A DNA stretch of 32,000 nt, from the NCBI RefSeq assembly GCF_018398935.1, contig NZ_CP074694.1:1890001-1922000 (forward strand), given 5' to 3'. Under the pieces are notes generated by a model. That model worked only from the letters and a program-made list of their open reading frames with translations. It was not told the DNA's origin and searched no databases. Source of the stretch: Telmatocola sphagniphila (GTDB lineage: Bacteria > Planctomycetota > Planctomycetia > Gemmatales > Gemmataceae). Shown one piece after another: positions 24,522 to 32,000 of this stretch. The position numbers were made by a program, and so were the translations under genes. Position 1 is the stretch's first letter. Each line of letters opens with the position of its first letter.

Positions 24522-26119
24522 GAGCCTTCGCCGAGCTTTTTCGCCACCTGGATGAAACCACCCAGTCTCTGGCCAAAATCGCGGCCCTGAAGAACTATTT
24601 CTCGAACTGTGCGCCGAGCGATGGCGCCTGGGCCGTGCATTTTCTGTCGGGTCGGAAGTTGCCCCGGGTCGTTCCGGTGCGGCTGCTCCGTCAGGCCTGT
24701 CGGGAAAGCACCGGTCTGCCCGAGTGGATCTTCGACGAATGCTACGATTCGGTTGGCGATCTCTCCGAGACAATCGCCCTGCTGCTGCCAGTTCAGGACA
24801 CGCACTCGTCCGGAAGCCTGGCCGATTGGGTCGAAAATACCCTTCGCCCGCTGGCGAAACTGGGAGAGGCCGAGCGAACCGCGCAGTTGCGCGCCGCCTG
24901 GCAGCAGCTCTCCCGCTCCGAAGTCTTCGTCTTCAACAAACTGGTCACCGGTGGCTTTCGCGTCGGCGTTTCGCAAGGCCTCGTTGTCAAGGCACTGGCC
25001 CAAGTCGCGGACCTTCCGCCGGCGACGATCACGCATCGCTTGATGGGTTCGTGGGAACCAACGGCGGAATTTTTCACGCAGTTGCTCGCCCCCGAATCGG
25101 CCCAGGCGGCGCGGAGCCATCCCTACCCCTTCTGTTTGGCCAATCCCCTGACGCAACCGGTCGCTTCCCTCGGGCCGATTTCCGACTGGAAGATTGAGTG
25201 GAAATGGGACGGCCTCCGGGCGCAGCTTATTCGGCGCCAGGGACAGACCTTCCTTTGGTCGCGCGGCGAGGAATTGATGACCGAGCGGTTCCCCGAGTTG
25301 ACCGAGGTCGCTCCCCGGCTACCGGAGGGGACCGTCCTCGATGGGGAAATCGTCGGCTGGAAGAATGCCCGGGTGCTCCCCTTCACCTCCTTACAAAAAC
25401 GGATTGGCCGCAAAAAACTCAGTCCGAAAATCCTCGCGGAAGTCCCGGTGCGATTTCTCGCGTTTGACTTGCTGGAGACCTCGGGCGTTGATTGCCGAAC
25501 TCGGCCGCTATTCGAACGGGAAGAAATCCTCGAGCACATTCTGGTCGATCTACCGGAGCAGACGACGATCACGCGGCCGCCGCAACTACTTCCTCGTTCC
25601 TGGGAAGAAGCTGCCCAAATTCGCGAGACTAGCCGCGACCAGCAAGCGGAAGGACTGATGCTGAAGCGACGGGATTCCGAATACGGCGTCGGCCGACCGG
25701 TCGGCAGCTGGTGGAAGTGGAAAGTCGCTCCCTTCACCTGCGAGGCGGTCCTGATCTACGCCCAGAAAGGGCATGGCCGGCGGGCCAGCTTGTATACCGA
25801 TTACACCTTCGCGGTTTGGGACCAGGGCCAACTGGTGCCGATCGCCAAGGCCTACTCCGGGTTGACCGACGCGGAGATCGTCGAGGTCGATCGCTTCATT
25901 CGCCAGAATACCCTCGAACGCTTCGGCCCGATCCGCTCGGTGAAACCGGAACTGGTCTTCGAACTCGCCTTCGAAAACATCCAGCTTTCCTCGCGGCACA
26001 AATCGGGCCTGGCCGTCCGCTTTCCCCGCATGCTGCGCTGGCGGCTCGATAAAACTCCCGCCGAGGCCGATACGCTCGAAGCGATTCAGAAAATCTTAGC
26101 AGGGCTTCCGACCTCATGA
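24518..26119 (+). CDS. ATP-dependent DNA ligase (ligase-associated damage response family)
   Basis: Adenylation motif I KIEWKWDGLRAQL (KxDG), LDGEIVG, AEGLMLKRRDSEYGVGRPVGSWWKWK, and an OB-fold C-terminus. ATGA overlap with the upstream gene. Confidence 0.9.
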   Translation: MRAFAELFRHLDETTQSLAKIAALKNYFSNCAPSDGAWAVHFLSGRKLPRVVPVRLLRQACRESTGLPEWIFDECYDSVGDLSETIALLLPVQDTHSSGSLADWVENTLRPLAKLGEAERTAQLRAAWQQLSRSEVFVFNKLVTGGFRVGVSQGLVVKALAQVADLPPATITHRLMGSWEPTAEFFTQLLAPESAQAARSHPYPFCLANPLTQPVASLGPISDWKIEWKWDGLRAQLIRRQGQTFLWSRGEELMTERFPELTEVAPRLPEGTVLDGEIVGWKNARVLPFTSLQKRIGRKKLSPKILAEVPVRFLAFDLLETSGVDCRTRPLFEREEILEHILVDLPEQTTITRPPQLLPRSWEEAAQIRETSRDQQAEGLMLKRRDSEYGVGRPVGSWWKWKVAPFTCEAVLIYAQKGHGRRASLYTDYTFAVWDQGQLVPIAKAYSGLTDAEIVEVDRFIRQNTLERFGPIRSVKPELVFELAFENIQLSSRHKSGLAVRFPRMLRWRLDKTPAEADTLEAIQKILAGLPTS

Positions 26120-28665
26120 AGCCTCGAAAGCTCCCAACTCCCGTTCTGGTTGATCTGCCGAAACCGCTCACGGCGGCCGAGCGCCTCGAGCACTGGTTCG
26201 AAGCGCAAGGCTGGACGCCGTTCGAATTTCAACGGAACACCTGGGCCGCCTACTTCCGCGGGGAATCGGGTCTGATTCATGCCACCACCGGGACTGGGAA
26301 GACCTACGCCCTCTGGCTGGCCGCGGTGCTGGAAGGATTGGCGGAACGGCCGGCGCCGCTTCCGGAGCAAGAAAGAAAACCCAATCGGTCGCGTTCGGAA
26401 GCCGAGCCGCTGCGGGTGCTTTGGATCACGCCGCTGCGGGCCCTCGCCGCCGATACCGCGCAGGCCCTGCAGTTCCCCCTCGAGGATCTGCCACTGCCCT
26501 GGACCATCGAAACGCGGACGGGGGATACCGCCAGCTCGGTGAAGCTGCGCCAGAAAAGTCGCCTCCCCACCGCCCTGATTACCACCCCGGAAAGTCTGAC
26601 GCTGCTGCTGACCCGGCCGACGGCCCCGAGCGATTTTGCCGGGGTCCGACTGGTGGTGGTCGACGAATGGCACGAGTTGATCGCCACCAAGCGGGGTGTC
26701 CAAACCGAACTGGCCCTGGCGCGCCTGCGAAAGTGGGCCCCATCGCTGCGAACCTGGGGCCTCTCGGCCACCTTGGGGAATTTACCGGAAGCGCGGGATG
26801 TGCTGCTTGGGAATCGATCGACCGAATCCGCCCCAATCCGGCTGATCGAAGGTCAGGAGAAGAAGTCGATCCAAATCGATTCGATTCTTCCGCCCGATAT
26901 CGAACGCTTCCCCTGGGCGGGGCATCTGGGCCTGAAACTGCTGCCCGAAGTCTTATGGCAAGTCGAAGCGGCGGCCAGTTCTTTAATCTTCACCAATACC
27001 CGCTCCCAGACCGAACTCTGGTACCAGGCGATTCTAAAAGAACGTCCCGGCTGGGCCGGCCAGATCGCTTTGCATCATGGCTCGCTCGAGACCAAAACGC
27101 GGCGCTGGGTCGAAAAGGCCCTGCGGGCGGGAACGCTCAAATGCGTCGTCTGCACCTCCACGCTCGATCTGGGCGTCGATTTCAGCCCGGTCGAACGGGT
27201 CTTTCAAGTGGGCAGCCCCAAAGGAGTCGCCCGCCTGTTGCAACGAGCCGGTCGCAGCGGGCATTCCCCGAACCGGGAAAGCCGCGTCACCGGGGTGCCG
27301 ACCCACGCCTGGGAGTTGATCGAATTTGCCGCCGCCCGCGACGCGATCGCTTCGCGATTTTTGGAGTCCCGGCCACCCTTGAAAAATCCGATCGATGTCT
27401 TGGCCCAGCATGCCGTAACCATGGCGGTCGGCGGCGGCTTTACGGCCGATTCGCTGTTGGAAGAAATTCAAAGCACGGCTTCCTACGCGAGCTTAACCGA
27501 GGAGGATTGGCGCTGGGTCCTCGATTTTGTGACCACCGGGGGCCCTTCCCTCCGCGCGTATCCCGACTATCAAAAGGTGCATCGCGGCGAGGACGGTCAG
27601 TATCGAGTCGATAACCCGCGGATCGCCCGCCATCATCTGATGGCGATCGGGACAATTGTCAGCGAAGCGCACCTGCAGGTGCAATTTCTGCGCGGGCCGA
27701 AGCTCGGCAGCGTCGAGGAAGCGTTTGCCGCCAGGTTAAAACCGGGGGATCGGTTTGTCTTCGCCGGTCGCCTCGTCCAAATGGTCAAGATTCAGGACGC
27801 CCGCCTCTGGGTGAAGGCGGCGAAAGCGGAGGGCACGATCACGGTGCCGCGCTGGATGGGGGGCTGGATGCCGCTCTCCACGGAGTTGGCTTCTGCCGCG
27901 CGCCGAAAACTGGATCAGGCCGCGCAGGGGATTTTCGATTCGGCCGAAATGCGGGCGGTCCAGCCGCTCTTGGAACTGCAGCAGGAGTGGTCGCAGATTC
28001 CTCGATTGGGCGAATTTCTCGTGGAGAAGACCGTGTCCCGGGAGGGGTATCATTACTACTTCTACCCCTTCGCCGGCCGCTTGGTGCACGAAGGCTTGGC
28101 CGCCCTGTTCGCCTACCGGCTGTCGCGTCGGAAACCGCTGACCTTCAGTATGGCAGTGAACGACTACGGCTTGGAACTCCTCTGTGCTTCGGAGGCCCCG
28201 GTTTTTGAAAGCCTGTCGGAGGGGCTGTTGGCCAGCGACGGAATCTCCGAGGAGATCCGGGACTGCATCAACGCCACCGAGATGAGCAAACGGCAGTTTC
28301 GGGAGGTGGCCCATATCGCGGGCTTGGTCTTTGGCGGCTATCCGGGGCAGCGGAAAACCGCCCGGCAGTTGCAGGCTTCGACCGGATTGATTTACGAAGT
28401 GTTTCGGAACTACGAGCCGGAGAATCGCTTACTGAAGCAGGCTCAGGAAGAGGTGTTGGAGCGGCAGTTGGAACAAACGCGACTGATCGACACTTTGAAG
28501 GTATTACAGAAGAGCCGACTGGTTTTTCAGGAGATACCCCGCTTCACGCCTTTTTGTTTTCCGCTGATGGTTGAACGGCTCCGGGAAAGAGTCTCGTCGG
28601 AGAAGCTCGCGGATCGTGTGAAACGCCTGCAAGAGGCCCTGGAAAGATCGGCCCGGAAGATATGA
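26116..28665 (+). CDS. Ligase-associated DEXH-box helicase (Lhr-like)
   Basis: Motif I HATTGTGKTYA, motif II VVVDEWHEL, SATLGN, HHGSL, TSTLDLGVD, QRAGRSGH. ATGA overlap at 26116-26119. Confidence 0.9.
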   Translation: MKPRKLPTPVLVDLPKPLTAAERLEHWFEAQGWTPFEFQRNTWAAYFRGESGLIHATTGTGKTYALWLAAVLEGLAERPAPLPEQERKPNRSRSEAEPLRVLWITPLRALAADTAQALQFPLEDLPLPWTIETRTGDTASSVKLRQKSRLPTALITTPESLTLLLTRPTAPSDFAGVRLVVVDEWHELIATKRGVQTELALARLRKWAPSLRTWGLSATLGNLPEARDVLLGNRSTESAPIRLIEGQEKKSIQIDSILPPDIERFPWAGHLGLKLLPEVLWQVEAAASSLIFTNTRSQTELWYQAILKERPGWAGQIALHHGSLETKTRRWVEKALRAGTLKCVVCTSTLDLGVDFSPVERVFQVGSPKGVARLLQRAGRSGHSPNRESRVTGVPTHAWELIEFAAARDAIASRFLESRPPLKNPIDVLAQHAVTMAVGGGFTADSLLEEIQSTASYASLTEEDWRWVLDFVTTGGPSLRAYPDYQKVHRGEDGQYRVDNPRIARHHLMAIGTIVSEAHLQVQFLRGPKLGSVEEAFAARLKPGDRFVFAGRLVQMVKIQDARLWVKAAKAEGTITVPRWMGGWMPLSTELASAARRKLDQAAQGIFDSAEMRAVQPLLELQQEWSQIPRLGEFLVEKTVSREGYHYYFYPFAGRLVHEGLAALFAYRLSRRKPLTFSMAVNDYGLELLCASEAPVFESLSEGLLASDGISEEIRDCINATEMSKRQFREVAHIAGLVFGGYPGQRKTARQLQASTGLIYEVFRNYEPENRLLKQAQEEVLERQLEQTRLIDTLKVLQKSRLVFQEIPRFTPFCFPLMVERLRERVSSEKLADRVKRLQEALERSARKI

Positions 28666-29327
28666 AATCCCAGTTTTTGAATACAAATTGTCCGATCACT
28701 TGGGGAGGCCAGGAACTCTGGCTGTTGCCGGAGCGGGCGGTCTATTGGCCCGCGGAAAAAGCCCTGCTGGTCGCCGATATCCACTTCGGCAAAGAGGCCA
28801 GCTTCCGGGCGTCGCAGATTCCGATCCCCGATGGCACGGGCCGGGAACTGCAGCGGCTCTCGCAACTGATTCGCACTCTGGAGTGCCAGGAGCTGATCAT
28901 TTTGGGAGATTTACTGCATTCCCGACGGGGCCGGTCCGCGCACTGGATCGATCAAATCTCGCAGTGGCGCTACCAGTGGAATTCGCTGAAATGGACGCTG
29001 ATTAAGGGCAATCATGATCAAGGAGCCGGAGAACTGCCGAGCGAATGGAAGATTTCGGAGCTGGAGGCCCCGGCGCTTCGAGCCGGACTACTCTTAAGGC
29101 ACATTCCGTTAGAACAGGAAACCGAATTTGCTCTGGCGGGACACTTGCATCCCAAGGTGAAGCTTCGTCACGGTCCCGATCAACTTCGCCTGCCCTGCTT
29201 TCTGGAGCGGGGAAAGACGCTGATTCTGCCGGCGTTTGGGACCTTTGTGGATCATGGGCTGATTGAGTTACAGGAGTCGGATAAGGCCTATTTGGTGGCG
29301 GGGGAAGAAGTGGTGGGGCTAGCGTAA
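28662..29327 (+). CDS. pdeM: Ligase-associated metallophosphoesterase PdeM
   Basis: LLVADIHFGKE, ILGDLLHS, IKGNHD, AGHLHP calcineurin-like motifs. ATGA overlap at 28662-28665. It is the fourth member of the conserved operon. Confidence 0.85.
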   Translation: MKSQFLNTNCPITWGGQELWLLPERAVYWPAEKALLVADIHFGKEASFRASQIPIPDGTGRELQRLSQLIRTLECQELIILGDLLHSRRGRSAHWIDQISQWRYQWNSLKWTLIKGNHDQGAGELPSEWKISELEAPALRAGLLLRHIPLEQETEFALAGHLHPKVKLRHGPDQLRLPCFLERGKTLILPAFGTFVDHGLIELQESDKAYLVAGEEVVGLA

Positions 29328-29361
29328 TTTTAAAAAAAATGCACTTTAAGAAATCGGACTA

Positions 29362-29376
29362 CTCCTCTTCACCTTG
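29362..29376 (+). repeat. IS630-family left terminal inverted repeat
   Basis: CTCCTCTTCACCTTG. Similarity to the right end continues more weakly for about 12 more nt. Confidence 0.65.
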
Positions 29377-29472
29377 ATATAGTCGTTGCAAAATCTGCAC
29401 ATTCTCTAGTAGAAATTGCAATTTTGGGATAGTTTTCAATCCATTTGATTGCAGTGTTGTTGCGGCCATATC

Positions 29473-30021
29473 ATGGTCATGACAACCCAACACACACCCT
29501 CCCTGGTTAAGAAAATCCACGATCGCAACGAGCAGGAAAATCGACGCCGTCTGGGAGTTCAACTGGTTCTCGAAGGCCACACCATTCAGAAGGTGGCCAA
29601 GATGATCAAGATCAATTCCCGCAGCTTGGATAATTGGCTCGCCTGGCACAGAGCTCGTGGGGAAGAGGGGCTCAAAGCCGACAAGCATCCCGGTCCGAAA
29701 TCGAAAATGACCCAAGAGCAAATCCAGGAAGTCCGCTCTTGGTTGCTTCGCGATGCTCGAGAGTTCGGCTTTCGAACCAACCTCTGGACTTCCCGGCGAA
29801 TCGTGCAATTGATCAAAGAAAAATTCCAGATTCAATACAACGCAAACTACTTCTGCCGTTGGTTACGCAAACAGGGCTTCTCCCCGCAGATGCCCGGGAA
29901 AAAAGCGGCCCAACGCAATGAGCAGAAGATCGCCGACTGGACGCAAACCGAATGGCCCCGAATTTCAAAACAGGGGGGCAGGATCGGGCGTATGTCGTAT
30001 TCCTCGATGAAACCGGATTAA
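29473..30021 (+). CDS. IS630 transposase, N-terminal part (HTH / winged-helix DNA-binding), frame 1
   Basis: LVLEGHTIQKVAKMIKINSRSLDNWLAWHRARGEEGL, and a second HTH-like region LWTSRRIVQLIKEKFQIQYNANYFCRWLRKQGFS. ATG at 29473 is preferred to the TTG at 29449. The frame ends shortly after the G6 run at 29973-29978. Confidence 0.75.
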   Translation: MVMTTQHTPSLVKKIHDRNEQENRRRLGVQLVLEGHTIQKVAKMIKINSRSLDNWLAWHRARGEEGLKADKHPGPKSKMTQEQIQEVRSWLLRDAREFGFRTNLWTSRRIVQLIKEKFQIQYNANYFCRWLRKQGFSPQMPGKKAAQRNEQKIADWTQTEWPRISKQGGRIGRMSYSSMKPD

Positions 30022-30548
30022 GTCTGGCTCCTCTGCTACGTCGCACTTGGGCTAAGGTCGGTTCCCGCCCCTTTCTCACGCAAAAAGTAGGTGCTCGCCA
30101 GAAGGTTTCCATTATTGGAGCCTTGTCTTTTTCTCCCCAAAAACACCAGCCTAATCTCTTTTTCCAAACTTTGCCCAACGGCACTTTCAATTCCGAGAAA
30201 GTGGCTAGCTTCTTACGCGATCTCCTCAAACATCTACGCGGTCGGGTCATTGTCGTTTGGGATAATGGTCCCATGCACAAAGGAGAAGCCATGAGAAAAT
30301 TACTCAAAGAATATCCTCGTTTGTCGCTCGAATGGCTGCCGCCCTACGCTCCGGAACTCAATCCCGTCGAGCAGCTCTGGAGCCACCTCAAATACGGGCA
30401 TTGTGCTAATCTCATTCCCGAGGATTTACAAGAACTCGAAGACGAGGCGGTCGAATTTTTAACGGAAGTAAAATTCCAACCAGATATACTACACTCCTAC
30501 TTGAACGAAACTCCTCTACAGAAATCCATCACGGCTGTTGCAGGGTGA
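29952..30548 (+). CDS. IS630 transposase, C-terminal DDE catalytic part, frame 0 (reached by a -1 shift or one-base indel)
   Basis: DDE triad context: VVFLDETG, VVWDNGPMHK, LPPYAPELNPVEQLWSHLK. The reading frame joins orfA at CAG GGG GGC (G_GGG_GGC). Confidence 0.75.
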   Translation: MAPNFKTGGQDRAYVVFLDETGLSLAPLLRRTWAKVGSRPFLTQKVGARQKVSIIGALSFSPQKHQPNLFFQTLPNGTFNSEKVASFLRDLLKHLRGRVIVVWDNGPMHKGEAMRKLLKEYPRLSLEWLPPYAPELNPVEQLWSHLKYGHCANLIPEDLQELEDEAVEFLTEVKFQPDILHSYLNETPLQKSITAVAG

Positions 30549-30555
30549 GGAGGAG
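30541..30555 (-). repeat. IS630-family right terminal inverted repeat
   Basis: The reverse complement reads CTCCTCCTCACCCTG, matching the left end at 13/15 positions. Confidence 0.65.
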
Positions 30556-30630
30556 TAGAAGGGAAAAGAAGTTCAAGCAATTTCGGAGAACGGAAATAAG
30601 ATAGAAGTACGTATTACGACTAATGCTACA

Positions 30631-31746
30631 CTACAATTTGACAGGAATTTGATCGGATACAATAGCTTTATGTCCGATTTCGCCAATCGATTTTTTATCT
30701 CTATAAAATAAAAATGGCAATTCAACAAAACATCTCAACGCGGTAGCGAGCAGTGCCAGCAAGATTACTAGAAACAGTAGCCGAAACATCCAGTCGACAT
30801 TCGGAGTGAGTTTTAGTAATAATACGATCACTATAGGATGGATCAAATATAAAGAATAAGAAATGGCAGCTACACTGTAGGCTCCTGGAATTCGAATATT
30901 TCTCCATGAGTCATTTAACATAACGCTATATAAAATCAGAGAAAATGCAATTGACACTGGAAAGTACTGATGAATTTTAAATCCGGTTGGTGTGACAGCC
31001 CAAACGGATGCGCCTAAAATGACTAAAGCAGTCAGAATCATCGCAAAGCTCCAGAATTTATTCTGAAACTTTGGTAAAGTTGATATCACCATTCCGCAAG
31101 CTAATCCATCCAGCCTGCAATAGGGAACTGCATATCCCGGAAGATGGCCGCCTGAAGATTCAGAGAGGGCTCGACCGACAAAGGATATTCCTATGGCGGC
31201 AAGGGAGATACAACGTATCGCTAACTTGATGTTGAAAGTGAAGAGAAGCGAAAGACTGGTTGTGATCGGCAATGCAAAATAAAAAAGCTCTTCTACGCAA
31301 AGACTCCACGACCAAGCGAATCGCACGTCACCGAAATCATTTACGCTCGTTTGTAAAAACAGAAAATATGACCACCTGTTAGACCAGGGCACTTTTGATT
31401 CGTAGAACGCATCACCCAACATGACGACGAAAAGCGTCACGTAGTATGCTGGCAGGGTTCTCATCCACCTTCTGTACCAAAATTTAGCGATTTGTATTTT
31501 GCCACTTTTCAAATGCCCTTTGATTAAAATTGAGCTAATAAGAAAACCACTTAAAACAAAGAACAGGTCTACCCCAAAACCTCCTGCTCTCACGAAGTTT
31601 TGCACCGTAGAGTTGCTGTCCTTGGGAAGGCAGCCTTGCTCGCAATGAAGGAGAATGACCCAAATTATTGCAAATGCTCTCAGATTATCGAGCGCTGCTA
31701 TTCTCGAAGATTCAGAATTCAAAGATTCTTGCGAACTATTTTTCAT
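30631..31746 (-). CDS. Membrane acyltransferase, family 3, in an AT-rich islet
   Basis: RIAALDNLRAFAIIWVILLHC is the Acyl_transf_3 N-terminal signature, followed by about 10 TM segments. AT-rich codon usage contrasts with the rest of the window. ATG at 31746 is preferred; GTG at 31767 is the track start. Confidence 0.75.
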   Translation of the reverse strand: MKNSSQESLNSESSRIAALDNLRAFAIIWVILLHCEQGCLPKDSNSTVQNFVRAGGFGVDLFFVLSGFLISSILIKGHLKSGKIQIAKFWYRRWMRTLPAYYVTLFVVMLGDAFYESKVPWSNRWSYFLFLQTSVNDFGDVRFAWSWSLCVEELFYFALPITTSLSLLFTFNIKLAIRCISLAAIGISFVGRALSESSGGHLPGYAVPYCRLDGLACGMVISTLPKFQNKFWSFAMILTALVILGASVWAVTPTGFKIHQYFPVSIAFSLILYSVMLNDSWRNIRIPGAYSVAAISYSLYLIHPIVIVLLLKLTPNVDWMFRLLFLVILLALLATALRCFVELPFLFYRDKKSIGEIGHKAIVSDQIPVKL

Positions 31747-31846
31747 ACGATATTCCACTATTCGCACAAATAGAGATTAGTTATTAGATTCGCTTATACT
31801 CGCGAGGAATCCACGTATGCGTTTAGGCATGAACTCGATTTGATAT

Positions 31847-31862
31847 TTTGACAATCGTCAAA
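31847..31862. promoter_or_regulatory. Perfect 6-4-6 palindrome upstream of the AT-rich acyltransferase gene (possible operator)
   Basis: TTTGAC-AATC-GTCAAA, about 100 nt upstream of the ATG at 31746. It contains the TTGACA/TTGACG hexamers. Confidence 0.2.
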
Positions 31863-32000
31863 TCCACACTTATTTAGTATGCCGGCCATTCTGAAGCGCT
31901 CCATATTTAAATCTACTCCCTCCCAGGTGGCAAAATTCGTCGTAAATTATTCAAAAGATGCAAAATCGACTGCTATTTTGCAACTACAGCTACGAATTTA

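Larger units (their letters stand above)
29362..30555 (+). mobile_element. IS630-family insertion sequence (1194 bp) in a CTAG target with TA duplication
   Basis: Imperfect terminal inverted repeats (CTCCTCTTCACCTTG versus the reverse complement of CAGGGTGAGGAGGAG, 13/15). The flanks read C-TA-[IS]-TA-G. It encodes an HTH plus DDE transposase in two overlapping frames. Confidence 0.8.

Noticed and set aside
29359-29835. 158 aa - strand ORF inside the IS element.
   Set aside because: It is antisense to the transposase N-terminal region, which has clear HTH features, and it has no motifs of its own.
1-32000. Looked for CRISPR arrays, tRNA/rRNA genes and long tandem repeats.
   Set aside because: No regularly spaced direct repeats, no cloverleaf-like segments and no rRNA-like conserved stretches were recognised by eye. 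A tRNAscan/Infernal/CRISPR-finder run would be needed to be definitive.

Overview
GC-rich bacterial chromosome segment. The gene content (eukaryote-like Ser/Thr kinase, GDP-mannose 3,5-epimerase) suggests a PVC-group or Planctomycetota-like organism, but that is inference only. There are four blocks. (1) 1-5507, + strand: a tightly packed operon encoding a histidine-kinase-like ATPase (5' truncated by the window), two V4R-domain proteins, two cysteine-free phycobiliprotein-like globins, a heme oxygenase, and a [2Fe-2S] ferredoxin fused to a Ser/Thr kinase. This is the most unusual content: a candidate bilin/tetrapyrrole-based sensory module in what looks like a non-phototroph. (2) 5709-23292, - strand: a ~17 kb Wzx/Wzy-type polysaccharide locus. 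It encodes a NusG paralog, a ~750 nt leader, GDP-mannose 3,5-epimerase, a flippase, eight glycosyltransferases, a polymerase-like membrane protein, an acetyltransferase, GDP-mannose 4,6-dehydratase and an acyltransferase-3. (3) 23463-29327, + strand: the four-gene ligase-associated DNA damage response operon (exonuclease, ATP-dependent ligase, DEXH helicase, PdeM), with each junction an ATGA overlap. (4) 29362-32000: an IS630-family element inserted in a CTAG site with TA duplication, followed by a visibly AT-rich islet carrying a second acyltransferase-3 gene. No rRNA, tRNA or CRISPR array was recognised. Many long alternative-frame and antisense ORFs in the track are GC-driven shadows. All homology calls rest on motif recognition by eye, not on searches.
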